DNA from: Vulcanimicrobiota bacterium
GTDB lineage: Bacteria > Vulcanimicrobiota > Vulcanimicrobiia > Vulcanimicrobiales > Vulcanimicrobiaceae
Length of the DNA: 41,751 nt
NCBI GenBank assembly: GCA_014304965.1
Contig: JACRTZ010000207.1
Coordinates: forward strand, 1 to 41,751
Direction of reading: 5' to 3'
Part shown: positions 15,846 through 24,832 of the stretch, piece after piece
Layout of the letters: the number at the start of each line of letters is the position of its first letter
Numbering within the stretch: position 1 is the stretch's first letter
Translations under genes and position numbers: made by a program
Notes under the pieces: generated by a model
Database searches by the model: none
Told to the model about the DNA's origin: nothing
The model's input: the letters and a program-made list of their open reading frames with translations, nothing else

Positions 15846-17257
15846 CCGAGAGCGTGAGCGCACTCGATCTCATCATCGACGCCGCCTACCTCGTCACGAG
15901 CATTTGCTTCATCATCGGTTTGCGTCTCTTGAGCAACCCGAAATCGGCGCGTCTGGGCAACACGATCTCAATGATCGGTATGGCGGTGGCGCTTGTCGCG
16001 ACGGGCTTCAAACTCGACTTCGCGGCGGCGTGGTGGGTGCTCGTCTTCGGACTCGGGCTGGGCGCCGCGGTCGGCATCTATTCCGCACGCGCGGTCAAGA
16101 TGACCGCGATGCCGCAAATGGTCGCGCTTTTCAACGGCGCGGGCGGCGGTGCTGCAGCAATGGTCGCGACCGCCGAGTTCTTGCGCCAGGGCTCCGCCGC
16201 GACGCCGGCGTCGTGGGACAACGCCCTCGCCGTCGTGCTGTCGAGCGTCATCGGCTCGATTTCGTTCACCGGCAGCATCGTCGCGTTCCTCAAGCTGCAA
16301 GAACTGATGACCGGCCGGCCCATTACGTATCCCGCGCAACAGGTTGTTAACGCGCTGCTCGGCATCGCGATCGTCGCGGCGAGCATCATGACGGTCGCCG
16401 GCTACATGCCGCTCCAGGCCTACTTCGTGGCGCTCGCGGGCGCCGCAATCCTCGGCGTGCTGTTCGTGCTGCCGATCGGCGGCGCCGACATGCCCGTCAT
16501 CATCTCGCTGCTCAACTCGTTTACCGGGCTCGCCGCGGCGATGACGGGATTCGTCTTGGGCAACAACGTGCTGATCATTAGCGGCGCGCTCGTCGGCGCG
16601 TCCGGCACCCTGCTGACGATGATGATGGGTAAAGCCATGAACCGTTCGATCGCAAACGTCTTGTTCGGCGCGTTCGGCAAGGTGACGACCTCGAGCGGCG
16701 GCGTCGCCGCCGGCGTGACGGGCGGCCCGATTCGCGAGGCGACCGCCGACGACGTCGCCACGATGCTCGCTTACGCGAAGCACGTCGTCGTCGTCCCAGG
16801 CTACGGTATGGCCGTCGCGCAAGCGCAACACAGCGTGCGCGAACTGGCGGATCAATTGGAGAAACGCGGGGTCGACGTCAAGTACGCGATCCATCCGGTC
16901 GCCGGACGCATGCCGGGCCATATGAACGTCTTGCTCGCCGAGGCAAACGTGCCATACCCCGCGCTTTACGACATGGAAGACATCAACCCGGAATTTCCGC
17001 GCACCGACGTTGCTCTCGTCATCGGCGCCAACGACGTGACGAATCCCGCGGCGCGCAACGTGCCTTCCAGTCCCATCTACGGGATGCCGATCCTCGACGT
17101 CGACAAAGCCCAAAACGTCGTCGTGCTCAAGCGCTCGATGAAGCCCGGCTTCGCCGGCATCGACAACCCGCTGTACGAACTGCCCAACACGCTGATGCTC
17201 TTCGGCGACGCCAAAGCCTCGATCGACAAGCTGGTATCGGCGGTCAAGACCGTCTAG
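15842..17257 (+). CDS. pntB: NAD(P) transhydrogenase subunit beta
   Basis: ATGA overlap with pntAB. Multi-TM N-terminal half, with a C-terminal NADP(H) domain (VVVVPGYGMAVAQAQH, HPVAGRMPGHMNVLLAEA, VIGANDV). The upstream part of the track ORF is an artefact. Confidence 0.93.
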   Translation: MTESVSALDLIIDAAYLVTSICFIIGLRLLSNPKSARLGNTISMIGMAVALVATGFKLDFAAAWWVLVFGLGLGAAVGIYSARAVKMTAMPQMVALFNGAGGGAAAMVATAEFLRQGSAATPASWDNALAVVLSSVIGSISFTGSIVAFLKLQELMTGRPITYPAQQVVNALLGIAIVAASIMTVAGYMPLQAYFVALAGAAILGVLFVLPIGGADMPVIISLLNSFTGLAAAMTGFVLGNNVLIISGALVGASGTLLTMMMGKAMNRSIANVLFGAFGKVTTSSGGVAAGVTGGPIREATADDVATMLAYAKHVVVVPGYGMAVAQAQHSVRELADQLEKRGVDVKYAIHPVAGRMPGHMNVLLAEANVPYPALYDMEDINPEFPRTDVALVIGANDVTNPAARNVPSSPIYGMPILDVDKAQNVVVLKRSMKPGFAGIDNPLYELPNTLMLFGDAKASIDKLVSAVKTV

Positions 17258-17364
17258 CGCGCGGCGCGGCCATCTTCATAGCGCCTACGGCATGGTGGAC
17301 ATCGTGGGCGGCGGGTACGGCCTCGAGTTGCTCCCGAACTTCGTTCGCTGTTCGGTCACCTGTA

Positions 17365-19020
17365 CTACTCCGGCGCCGGAACGCTCCACGCATACGCGTT
17401 CCAGGTCGGCGAAAACGCGTTAGGCGCGAATCCTCGCAAGCGCGTCCGGTACGCGTACACGTAGCTCGGATTGAAGAAGTACACGATCGGCACGTCCTCG
17501 GCGACGATCCGGTCCTGCGCCGCGTAATCGGCGCGGCGGCGCGCTTGGTCGGGCGCGCGCACGGCGTCCGCTTGGAGCCGCGCGACGCGCGCGTCGCAGT
17601 AATGCATGTAGTTGCGCTCGGCGCGCTCGCAGCCGAGCACGAAGCGGTCGTCGGGATCGGCGCCCATCGGCCACGGAACGTACGCCACGTCGAACCGCCC
17701 GCTCGCGAGCAATCCGGTCTGCGGTAAGAACAACTGGGCGTTGGAAACCGATTTGACGGTGACGTCGAATCCGCGTTCGTGCAGTTGCCGCTGCGCGAAG
17801 GCGGCGACGCGCACCCCGGTCGTACTTTCCGGAAATTGCACGTACACGAGCGCGAGCGGCTTGCCGTTCTTGTAACGGATGCCGTCGGCCCCGCGCCGCC
17901 AGCCGGCGCCGTCGAGTGCCGCATCGGCCGCCGCAGGATCGTAACGCGGTTGGCGGATCGAACCGTCGTACGCCCAGGAAAAGCGCGGACGATCGGAGTC
18001 GGACACCGGATATTTTCCAAGCGTGATCTTGCGCGAGATCGCACCGCGATCGAGCGACGCCGCCAGCGCTCGGCGGACGCGCCGGTCGTCGAGCGGCGCG
18101 CGTGCGGTGTTGAGCGCGAGGCCGGCGATCAAGGCCGTCGGCACGTCCACGAATCCGATTCCGGCCGTTCCCGCGACGAGCGCGATTTGCGCCGGTGCGA
18201 GCAAGTTGAAGTCCAGCGATCCCGCGCGCAGTAAGTTGAGATTCGCTTGCGGATCTGGGACGATGCCGATCTCAAGCCGCTTCACGCGCGGCTCGCCGCG
18301 CCAGTAGCGCGCGTTCGCGCGGTAGACGAGGCGGTCGCCGCGACGCCATTCCACGAACGTGAAGGGTCCGTCGCCGACCGCGGGCGCGGCCGCGAACGGG
18401 GAGCGCGCCAATGCTGCCCGCCCGCGCAACACGTGCGCCGGCAAGACGTATTGCGGCGATGTCCCGTAGGCAAAGAAGGTGGCAACGGCCGGCGCCCATG
18501 CGCGCTTGAGATGGAAGCGCACCGTGTGCGGATCGAGCGCCTCGGCGCGGTCGATCAGATCGTAGCCTTCGCGTGAAGCCACGGAATTGTTCGGGTCGAG
18601 AATTGCCCGCAAGGTGAAAAGCACGTCCGCCGAAGTCAGCGGCACGCCGTCGCTCCAGTTCACGCGCCGCAAATGGTAAACGATGGTCCGGCCGTCGCGC
18701 GACAGGCCGCCGTTGGCCACGGTCGGCACGAGCGTTAGGAGCTCGGGCACGGGCTTGCCGCTCGCATCCAGGTCGAAAAACGGCTCGAATGCGAGGTGCG
18801 CCAACTGCTGCTCGACGTTCCCGGCGTCCGCGTGCGCGAACAGCGGGTGCAGGCTCGAGGGGTCGGCGGACACGTTGAAGCGGACGGTCGGGACGCGGGG
18901 CGCCTGCCGGCCGCAGGCCGATGTCAGCAGGGCCGCCGCGAGCATTCCGAAGGCACAGGCCCGCCGGATGCCGTTCGGCAAACGATTGTCAATACCGGAC
19001 ATCATATGGTACGATGACAA
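17365..19020 (-). CDS. ABC transporter substrate-binding protein, family 5 (peptide/nickel type), probable lipoprotein
   Basis: SBP_bac_5-like architecture over about 550 aa. The signal is ...GIRRACAFGMLAAALLTSAC. Possible starts are ATG 19020, 19005 or 19002. No permease or ATPase genes are adjacent. Confidence 0.82.
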   Translation of the reverse strand: MSSYHMMSGIDNRLPNGIRRACAFGMLAAALLTSACGRQAPRVPTVRFNVSADPSSLHPLFAHADAGNVEQQLAHLAFEPFFDLDASGKPVPELLTLVPTVANGGLSRDGRTIVYHLRRVNWSDGVPLTSADVLFTLRAILDPNNSVASREGYDLIDRAEALDPHTVRFHLKRAWAPAVATFFAYGTSPQYVLPAHVLRGRAALARSPFAAAPAVGDGPFTFVEWRRGDRLVYRANARYWRGEPRVKRLEIGIVPDPQANLNLLRAGSLDFNLLAPAQIALVAGTAGIGFVDVPTALIAGLALNTARAPLDDRRVRRALAASLDRGAISRKITLGKYPVSDSDRPRFSWAYDGSIRQPRYDPAAADAALDGAGWRRGADGIRYKNGKPLALVYVQFPESTTGVRVAAFAQRQLHERGFDVTVKSVSNAQLFLPQTGLLASGRFDVAYVPWPMGADPDDRFVLGCERAERNYMHYCDARVARLQADAVRAPDQARRRADYAAQDRIVAEDVPIVYFFNPSYVYAYRTRLRGFAPNAFSPTWNAYAWSVPAPE

Positions 19021-19021
19021 T
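18985..19021. promoter_or_regulatory. AT-rich inverted repeat in the SBP/lrp divergent region (candidate operator)
   Basis: ATTGTCA (18985-18991) and TGACAAT (19015-19021) form a perfect 7-nt inverted repeat 23 nt apart. They lie inside the most AT-rich stretch I noticed in the window, immediately upstream of lrp (ATG 19065). Confidence 0.3.
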
Positions 19022-19064
19022 ACTTTCGAATTTCGTCCGCCCCCCTTTTAGAAACGCCGAACAC

Positions 19065-19535
19065 ATGCTCGAACCGACCGGCCTCGACGATCTCGACCTG
19101 AAGCTGCTCGACGCCCTGCAGCGCAACGCGCGCTCGACGTTCTCCGAACTCGGCGCGGCGGTGAAGCTCGGTTCCTCGGCCGTCCACGATCGCGTGAAGC
19201 GCCTCGAGGCGCGCGGCTACGTCCGCGGATACGGCGCCCGTCTCGACGCTCGCCGGCTCGGCATCGAACTGATTGCCTTCGTCAGTGTGTACACGTCGGC
19301 GGACGTTCGCTACGAATCGTTCCACGCCGCCGTCGGAGCGCTGCCCGAGGTAGCGGAGATTCACAGCGTCGCGGGCGAGGAATCGTTCGTTCTCAAAGTG
19401 CTGACGCGTTCGACGGGCCATCTCGACGATTTCCTCTCGCGGCTCAAGACCGTCGCCGGCATCGCGCGCACGAAGACGACGATCGTCCTCTCCACCCCGC
19501 TCGAACGCGACGAGCTGCCGCTCGGCATTCGATGA
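19065..19535 (+). CDS. Lrp/AsnC family transcriptional regulator
   Basis: HTH segment LDDLDLKLLDALQRNARSTFSELGAAVKLGSSAVHDRVKRLE, followed by an RAM/AsnC_trans_reg domain. ATG at 19065. Confidence 0.88.
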   Translation: MLEPTGLDDLDLKLLDALQRNARSTFSELGAAVKLGSSAVHDRVKRLEARGYVRGYGARLDARRLGIELIAFVSVYTSADVRYESFHAAVGALPEVAEIHSVAGEESFVLKVLTRSTGHLDDFLSRLKTVAGIARTKTTIVLSTPLERDELPLGIR

Positions 19536-20608
19536 TGGGTTCGCCCCTCGAGCGCAAAGGCTGCGCGTTCGGGAGTCACCGCGTGCTCGAACCGCCCGGC
19601 GCGTTCCCGCAGTCCGCCTGGCGGCTCGATTCGACGCCGGTCGTATTCGACAACGAGATCTTATGCGACGTGGACGCACTGAACGTGGATTCCGCATCGT
19701 TCCGCCAAATCGCGGAATCGTGCGAGGACGACGCCGGCCGCATCGCGGCGCGCATCCTCGAAATCGTGCGCGAGCGCGGCAAGCAGCACAACCCGCACAC
19801 CGGCAGCGGCGGCATATTCGTCGGCCGGGTCCGCGAAATCGGCGCCGCTATCGCGGCGCGCGGCGACGTACGGCCGGGCGACCGCATCGCATCGCTCGTC
19901 TCGCTTACGTTGACGCCGCTCGCCATCGAGGAGATCGTCCGTATCGACATGACCTCCGGGCGCGTGTGGGTCAAGGGAACGGCAGTCCTCTTCGAACGTT
20001 CGTCGTTCGCGCCGCTTCCAGACGATATTCCGGCCGAGGTCGCCCTGGCCGTCCTCGACGTCGCCGGAGCACCCGCCCAAGTGCGCCGGCTCGCAACCCC
20101 GGGCGGCACCGTCGCGGTTGTCGGCGCGGATGGGAAATCTGGAATGCTCGCCTGCGCGCAAGCGCGCGATCGCGTCGGCGTCTCCGGCCGGGTGGTCGGC
20201 ATCGCACCGAGCGCCGAGACGGCGGGAGCGCGCTTCTTGATCGAAGGCAACTACGTGGACGCCTTCATCGCAGCCGACGCTCGCTCGCCTCTCGAAATCC
20301 TCGGCGAAATTCCGCAAGCGCTGCCCGAGCTTGCCGATTTGACGGTCAACTGCGTCAACGTGCCCGGCACCGAACTCGCTTCGATCCTCTGCACAAAAGA
20401 CGGCGGCAGCGTCTACTTTTTTTCGATGAGCACCTCGTTCACCGCCGCCGCTCTCGGCGCCGAGGGCGTCGCGAAAGATGTGACGATGATCGTCGGCAAC
20501 GGCTACACGAAAGGGCACGCCGAGATCGCATTGCAGACGTTGCGCGACCATCCTGCGTTGCTCGCACACTTCGTCGAGCGCTACGGCGTGCAACCGGAAG
20601 CCGCGTGA
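19532..20608 (+). CDS. kdd: L-erythro-3,5-diaminohexanoate dehydrogenase-like oxidoreductase
   Basis: From memory, the N-terminus G.HRVLEPPGAFPQ...NEILCDVDALNVDSASFRQI, plus NPHTGSGGIFVG and VAVVGADGKSG, match the Kdd family. ATGA overlap with lrp and GTGA overlap with kamA. Confidence 0.68.
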   Translation: MMGSPLERKGCAFGSHRVLEPPGAFPQSAWRLDSTPVVFDNEILCDVDALNVDSASFRQIAESCEDDAGRIAARILEIVRERGKQHNPHTGSGGIFVGRVREIGAAIAARGDVRPGDRIASLVSLTLTPLAIEEIVRIDMTSGRVWVKGTAVLFERSSFAPLPDDIPAEVALAVLDVAGAPAQVRRLATPGGTVAVVGADGKSGMLACAQARDRVGVSGRVVGIAPSAETAGARFLIEGNYVDAFIAADARSPLEILGEIPQALPELADLTVNCVNVPGTELASILCTKDGGSVYFFSMSTSFTAAALGAEGVAKDVTMIVGNGYTKGHAEIALQTLRDHPALLAHFVERYGVQPEAA

Positions 20609-21960
20609 TCAAACTTCCCGCGCCGCCGGAGGCGCTCGAACACACGCGCGTTCGCGAAGGCGAATTCTGGCGCGACATCCCGGCGTATCGCGACGTCAAC
20701 GAAGCGACGTTTCTCGACCATATTTGGCAAGGCCGCCATTCCGTCAAATCGCCCGAAGAACTGTTCGAAGCGGTCAAGGGGCTCGTGGACCCGGCCTTCA
20801 TCGAAGATGCGCGCGACGGCTTCACCCGCGCGCCGATGGCGGTTCGCGTCTCGCCGTACATGATCGCGTGCATCGACTGGTCGCAGCCCTACGCGGACCC
20901 GATTCGCACGCAATTCATTCCGCTGGGGTCGCGTCTCATTCCCGACCACCCGCGACTGACGCTCGACTCGCTCCACGAATTGGAAGACTCGCCGGTGCCC
21001 GGCCTCACGCATCGGTATGCGGACAAGGCGCTCTTTCTGCCGCTCAACGTCTGCCCGGTCTATTGCCGCTTTTGCACGCGCTCGTACGCGATCGGCGCCG
21101 ATACGGAACTCGTGGACAAAGTTCCGCTGGCGACGACGCCCAAACAATGGCAAGAAGCATTCGATTACATCGCGTCGCGGCCCGAGTTGGAAGACATCGT
21201 CATCTCCGGCGGCGACGTGTACCAGTTGCCGGCGAAATCCATCTTGACGATCGGAGACGCGCTGCTCGCAATCCCGCACATCCGCCGGATGCGCTTTGCG
21301 ACCAAAGGGCCGGCCGTCATGCCGATGAAAATCTTGAGCGATCCCGCCTGGACCGACGCCATCACCGCCGTCGTGGACAAAGGACGTGCGCTCGGTAAAG
21401 AAGTCGCGGTTCACACGCACTTCAACAACCCGAACGAGATCAGCTGGATCACCCGCGACGCGATGACGCTGCTGTTTTCGCGCGGGATCACGGTGCGCAA
21501 CCAGAGCGTCTTGATTCGCGGCGTCAACGACGATCCGGCGGTCATGCAGCTCCTGGTGAAACGGCTCGGCTACCTCAACGTACACGCCTATTACGTGTAC
21601 ATGCACGATCTGGTCAAGGGCGTCGAAGACTTGCGGACGCCGATTCAAACCGCGATCGACGTCGAGAAGTTCGTGCGCGGTTCGACCGCCGGCTTCAACA
21701 CGCCGACGTTCGTGTGCGACGCGCCGGGCGGCGGCGGTAAACGCGACGTGCACTCCTTCGATCATTACGATCGGGAGAACGGCATCGCCGTCTATTCCGC
21801 ACCCAGCGTCAAGCCGGGCAAACACTTCGTGTACTTCGACCCGATCGACACGCTCGCGGCCGATGCGCAGCGCCGCTGGCGGCACCCGGCCGAGGCCGAG
21901 GCAATGATCGCCGAAGCCATCGAGAAGGCCGGCGGCCCGCGGAGTTACGTCCCGGCCTGA
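20605..21960 (+). CDS. kamA: Lysine 2,3-aminomutase (KamA-family radical SAM/PLP enzyme)
   Basis: The radical SAM cluster motif is CPVYCRFCTR. KamA signatures are present: GLTHRYADKALFL, ISGGD, ATKGP, HTHFNNPNE, NQSVLIRGVND, YYVYMHD. GTG at 20605 overlaps the kdd stop. Confidence 0.9.
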   Translation: MIKLPAPPEALEHTRVREGEFWRDIPAYRDVNEATFLDHIWQGRHSVKSPEELFEAVKGLVDPAFIEDARDGFTRAPMAVRVSPYMIACIDWSQPYADPIRTQFIPLGSRLIPDHPRLTLDSLHELEDSPVPGLTHRYADKALFLPLNVCPVYCRFCTRSYAIGADTELVDKVPLATTPKQWQEAFDYIASRPELEDIVISGGDVYQLPAKSILTIGDALLAIPHIRRMRFATKGPAVMPMKILSDPAWTDAITAVVDKGRALGKEVAVHTHFNNPNEISWITRDAMTLLFSRGITVRNQSVLIRGVNDDPAVMQLLVKRLGYLNVHAYYVYMHDLVKGVEDLRTPIQTAIDVEKFVRGSTAGFNTPTFVCDAPGGGGKRDVHSFDHYDRENGIAVYSAPSVKPGKHFVYFDPIDTLAADAQRRWRHPAEAEAMIAEAIEKAGGPRSYVPA

Positions 21961-21999
21961 GAAGGCGCCTCGGCGCTCGTTGCGGTAGCGGAACGCCGT

Positions 22000-22290
22000 A
22001 TGCTGTGTCTGGCAGTCAAGTACACATTCGTCCCCGGAGCCGAAGAGCAGGCAGCCGCGTATTTTCGCAAACTGATCCCAGCCTCACGCCAGGAGCCCGG
22101 CTGCCGGATGTACGTCGTCCACCGCGGCAAGGACGATCCGTCGCAATTCTTCATCTACGAGCAGTACGACGACGAGGCTGCGCTGGACGCGCACCGCGCG
22201 TCGTCGCACTTCCAGCAATACGGCAAGAACGGCATACAGACGATCGCGGCGTCGCGCGAACCCGCGCTCTACGTTCCGCTCGCGGAATAA
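22000..22290 (+). CDS. Antibiotic biosynthesis monooxygenase (ABM) domain protein
   Basis: 96 aa with an ABM-like pattern: EPGCRMYVVHRGKDDPSQFFIYEQYDDEAALDAHRASSHFQQY. Confidence 0.75.
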   Translation: MLCLAVKYTFVPGAEEQAAAYFRKLIPASRQEPGCRMYVVHRGKDDPSQFFIYEQYDDEAALDAHRASSHFQQYGKNGIQTIAASREPALYVPLAE

Positions 22291-22295
22291 CGCGC

Positions 22296-22712
22296 ATGAG
22301 CGACGTCGGCTGGACGCACGTGGCCCTGTACGCGCACGACATCGACGCGATCGTTGATTTCTACGCACGCTACGCGCGGATGTCCGTCGTGCACAGCCGG
22401 CGGACGGCCGACGGTGGCCGCGTCGTCACGCTCAGCGATCGCACGCGACCCTTCATGCTCGTCCTGATGCAGTCGCGCCGCAAGCAAATCCGAAACTCGC
22501 TCGGTCCGAGCGCCCACCTCGGCGTCGCGCTCCCCAGCCGTGACATCGTCGACGAGCGCTGCGAATTGGCCCGCGGCGAGAAACGCTTGCGAGCCGGCCC
22601 GACCGACTCCGGGCCGCCGGCGGGCTACTGGGCCCTGATCGCCGACCCCGACGGGCACATGCTGCAAATTTCCTTCGGACAAGATCTCGGTGCCGCAAAG
22701 GACCCAACGTGA
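22296..22712 (+). CDS. VOC/glyoxalase family protein
   Basis: A single VOC-like module is suggested by THVALYAHDIDAIVDFY... and ...YWALIADPDGHMLQISF. ATG at 22296. The upstream part of the track ORF overlaps the ABM gene out of frame. Confidence 0.7.
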   Translation: MSDVGWTHVALYAHDIDAIVDFYARYARMSVVHSRRTADGGRVVTLSDRTRPFMLVLMQSRRKQIRNSLGPSAHLGVALPSRDIVDERCELARGEKRLRAGPTDSGPPAGYWALIADPDGHMLQISFGQDLGAAKDPT

Positions 22713-24829
22713 AACCTCGTCGCCTCGCTCTCGCTCTTGTTCTAGGTGCGTTCATGTCGTCGACCCTCTCGCCCGCAGGCGCCGTTCCCATCGACCCGTC
22801 CGCCGCGCAGCCGCCGGTCGCGCAAAAGATTTCGCACGAGACGCATCTGCACGACTACACGCGCACCGACGATTACTTCTGGCTCCGCCAAAAGAGCGAC
22901 GCCTCCGTAACGGCATACTTGCAATCCGAAAACGCCTATACGGACGCGGTGATGAAACCGACCGAAGCATTGCAGAAGCAGCTCTACGACGAGATGCTCT
23001 CGCACATCAAACAAACCGATTTGCAAGTGCCGTACAAGCAAGGTGAGTATTACTACTATTCGCGCACGGTCGAAGGGCAGCAGTACCCGCTCTACGCCCG
23101 CAAACATCTCCGTTTGGATGCGCCTGAGGAGGTCACGCTCGACCTCAACGCGCTCGCTCGCGGCCATAGCTTTCTCGGCATGGGCTTGTACCAGGTCAGC
23201 GACGACGGCCGGCTCTTAGCATACTCGCTCGACACGACGGGCTACCGGCAATACACGCTGCACGTCCGCGACCTGCGCACCGGAAAGGACCTCGCCGAGG
23301 CCATTCCGCGGGTCGACGATGCCGAATGGGCCTCCGACAACAAGACCCTCCTCTACGTCACCGAAGACGACGTCAGCAAGCGCAACGACACGCTGTGGCG
23401 CCACGTTCTGGGGACGTCCAAGAATGAGGTCGTCTTTCACGAAGCCGACGAACTCTACGACGTCGCGATCCACCGTTCGTTGGACCGGAAATACGTCTTC
23501 TTGCAATCTTCGAGCAAGTCAACCACCGAAACGCGCTACGTCCGCGCCGACCAGCCGGCCGGCGCGTGGAAGGTCGTGCTGGCGCGACGCACGGACCACC
23601 GCTACGACGTCGAGCATCACGATCAACGCTTCCTGATTCGGACCAACGACGGCGCGGATGATTTTCGCGTAGTGGCCGCGCCCGTCGCAACGCCGGATCG
23701 CGCGCATTGGACCGAAATCGTCCCGCAGCGCGCCGGCGTCCATATCGGCGAAATGGCCGTGTTCGAACGTTATCTCGTCCTCACCGAGCGAAGCGGCGGC
23801 TTTGCGGGCTTCGAAATCTACGACTTTCAAACCGGCAAGCGCCGCTCGGTCGAATTTCCGGAAACCGTGCACACGGCCGGCCCTTCGTTCAACCGTGAAT
23901 TCGTTACCTCGACATTTCGCTTTTCCTACACGTCGCTCGTCACGCCGAACTCGGTATTCGACCTGAACATGGCCACCGGCAAACGGACGCTGCTCAAAGA
24001 AACCGAGGTGCCGGGCTACGACAAGGCGGCGTACGCGTCCGAGTTACGCTATGCGACGGCGCGCGACGGTACGAAAGTTCCGCTCGCGATCGTATATAAG
24101 CGCGGTGTGAAGCTCGACGGCTCCGCGCCGCTGCTTCTGTACGGCTACGGGTCGTACGGCATCTCGACCAACCCGGCGTTTTCCGCGGCGCGGCTCGCGC
24201 TGCTCGATCGCGGGGTCATCTTCGTCAACGCGATGATTCGGGGCGGCGGCGAACTCGGCGAAAAATGGCGCGCCGCCGGAAACCTGCGCCACAAACTCAA
24301 CACGTTTACCGACTTCGTGGATTCGGCTGAGTACTTGGTGGCGCAGAAATTCACGTCCAAAGACCGGCTCGCGATTCAAGGCGGCAGCGCCGGCGGGCTC
24401 CTGATGGGCGCCGTGACCAACATGCGGCCCGATCTCTTCAAGGCGGTGCTCGCCCAAGTGCCGTTCGTGGACGTGATGAACACGATGCTCGACGCTTCGC
24501 TGCCCCTGACGACGAGCGAGTATCTGGAATGGGGCAATCCGAACGTCAAGAGCGATTACGACTACATGATGCAATACTCGCCGTACGACAACGTCAAACC
24601 GGCGGCGTATCCGGCGATGCTCGTGGACGTGTCGTTCAACGACAGCCAAGTACCGTATTGGGAAGGCGCGAAGCTCGTTGCAAGGCTGCGCTCGCTCAAG
24701 TCCGACAAGAATCCGCTGCTGTTGAAAGTGAATTTCGGCGCGGGCCACGGGGGCGCGTCGGGGCGCTACGACGCGCTCAAGGAAGTCGCGTTCAATTACG
24801 CGTTCCTTCTCTCGCAGATCGCTCCGTAA
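22709..24829 (+). CDS. ptrB: Secreted S9A serine peptidase, oligopeptidase B-like
   Basis: Signal peptide MKPRRLALALVLGAFMSSTLSPAGA. Beta-propeller N-terminal part, then a catalytic domain with GGSAGGLLMG (Ser) and GAGHGG (His). GTGA overlap with the VOC gene. Confidence 0.86.
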   Translation: MKPRRLALALVLGAFMSSTLSPAGAVPIDPSAAQPPVAQKISHETHLHDYTRTDDYFWLRQKSDASVTAYLQSENAYTDAVMKPTEALQKQLYDEMLSHIKQTDLQVPYKQGEYYYYSRTVEGQQYPLYARKHLRLDAPEEVTLDLNALARGHSFLGMGLYQVSDDGRLLAYSLDTTGYRQYTLHVRDLRTGKDLAEAIPRVDDAEWASDNKTLLYVTEDDVSKRNDTLWRHVLGTSKNEVVFHEADELYDVAIHRSLDRKYVFLQSSSKSTTETRYVRADQPAGAWKVVLARRTDHRYDVEHHDQRFLIRTNDGADDFRVVAAPVATPDRAHWTEIVPQRAGVHIGEMAVFERYLVLTERSGGFAGFEIYDFQTGKRRSVEFPETVHTAGPSFNREFVTSTFRFSYTSLVTPNSVFDLNMATGKRTLLKETEVPGYDKAAYASELRYATARDGTKVPLAIVYKRGVKLDGSAPLLLYGYGSYGISTNPAFSAARLALLDRGVIFVNAMIRGGGELGEKWRAAGNLRHKLNTFTDFVDSAEYLVAQKFTSKDRLAIQGGSAGGLLMGAVTNMRPDLFKAVLAQVPFVDVMNTMLDASLPLTTSEYLEWGNPNVKSDYDYMMQYSPYDNVKPAAYPAMLVDVSFNDSQVPYWEGAKLVARLRSLKSDKNPLLLKVNFGAGHGGASGRYDALKEVAFNYAFLLSQIAP

Positions 24830-24832
24830 AGC

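Noticed and set aside
15968-17113. 381-aa minus-strand ORF, plus the N-terminal extensions of the track ORFs at 15518, 19663, 39775, 33334-34446, 34101-35987, 30271-31098, 22005 and 18921
   Set aside because: The 381-aa ORF is antisense to pntB. The extensions run out of frame through well-supported neighbouring genes. In each case an internal start with a 4-nt overlap or an SD gives a product of canonical length.
20581-21885. 434-aa minus-strand ORF
   Set aside because: It is antisense to kamA, whose radical-SAM and KamA motifs are unambiguous.
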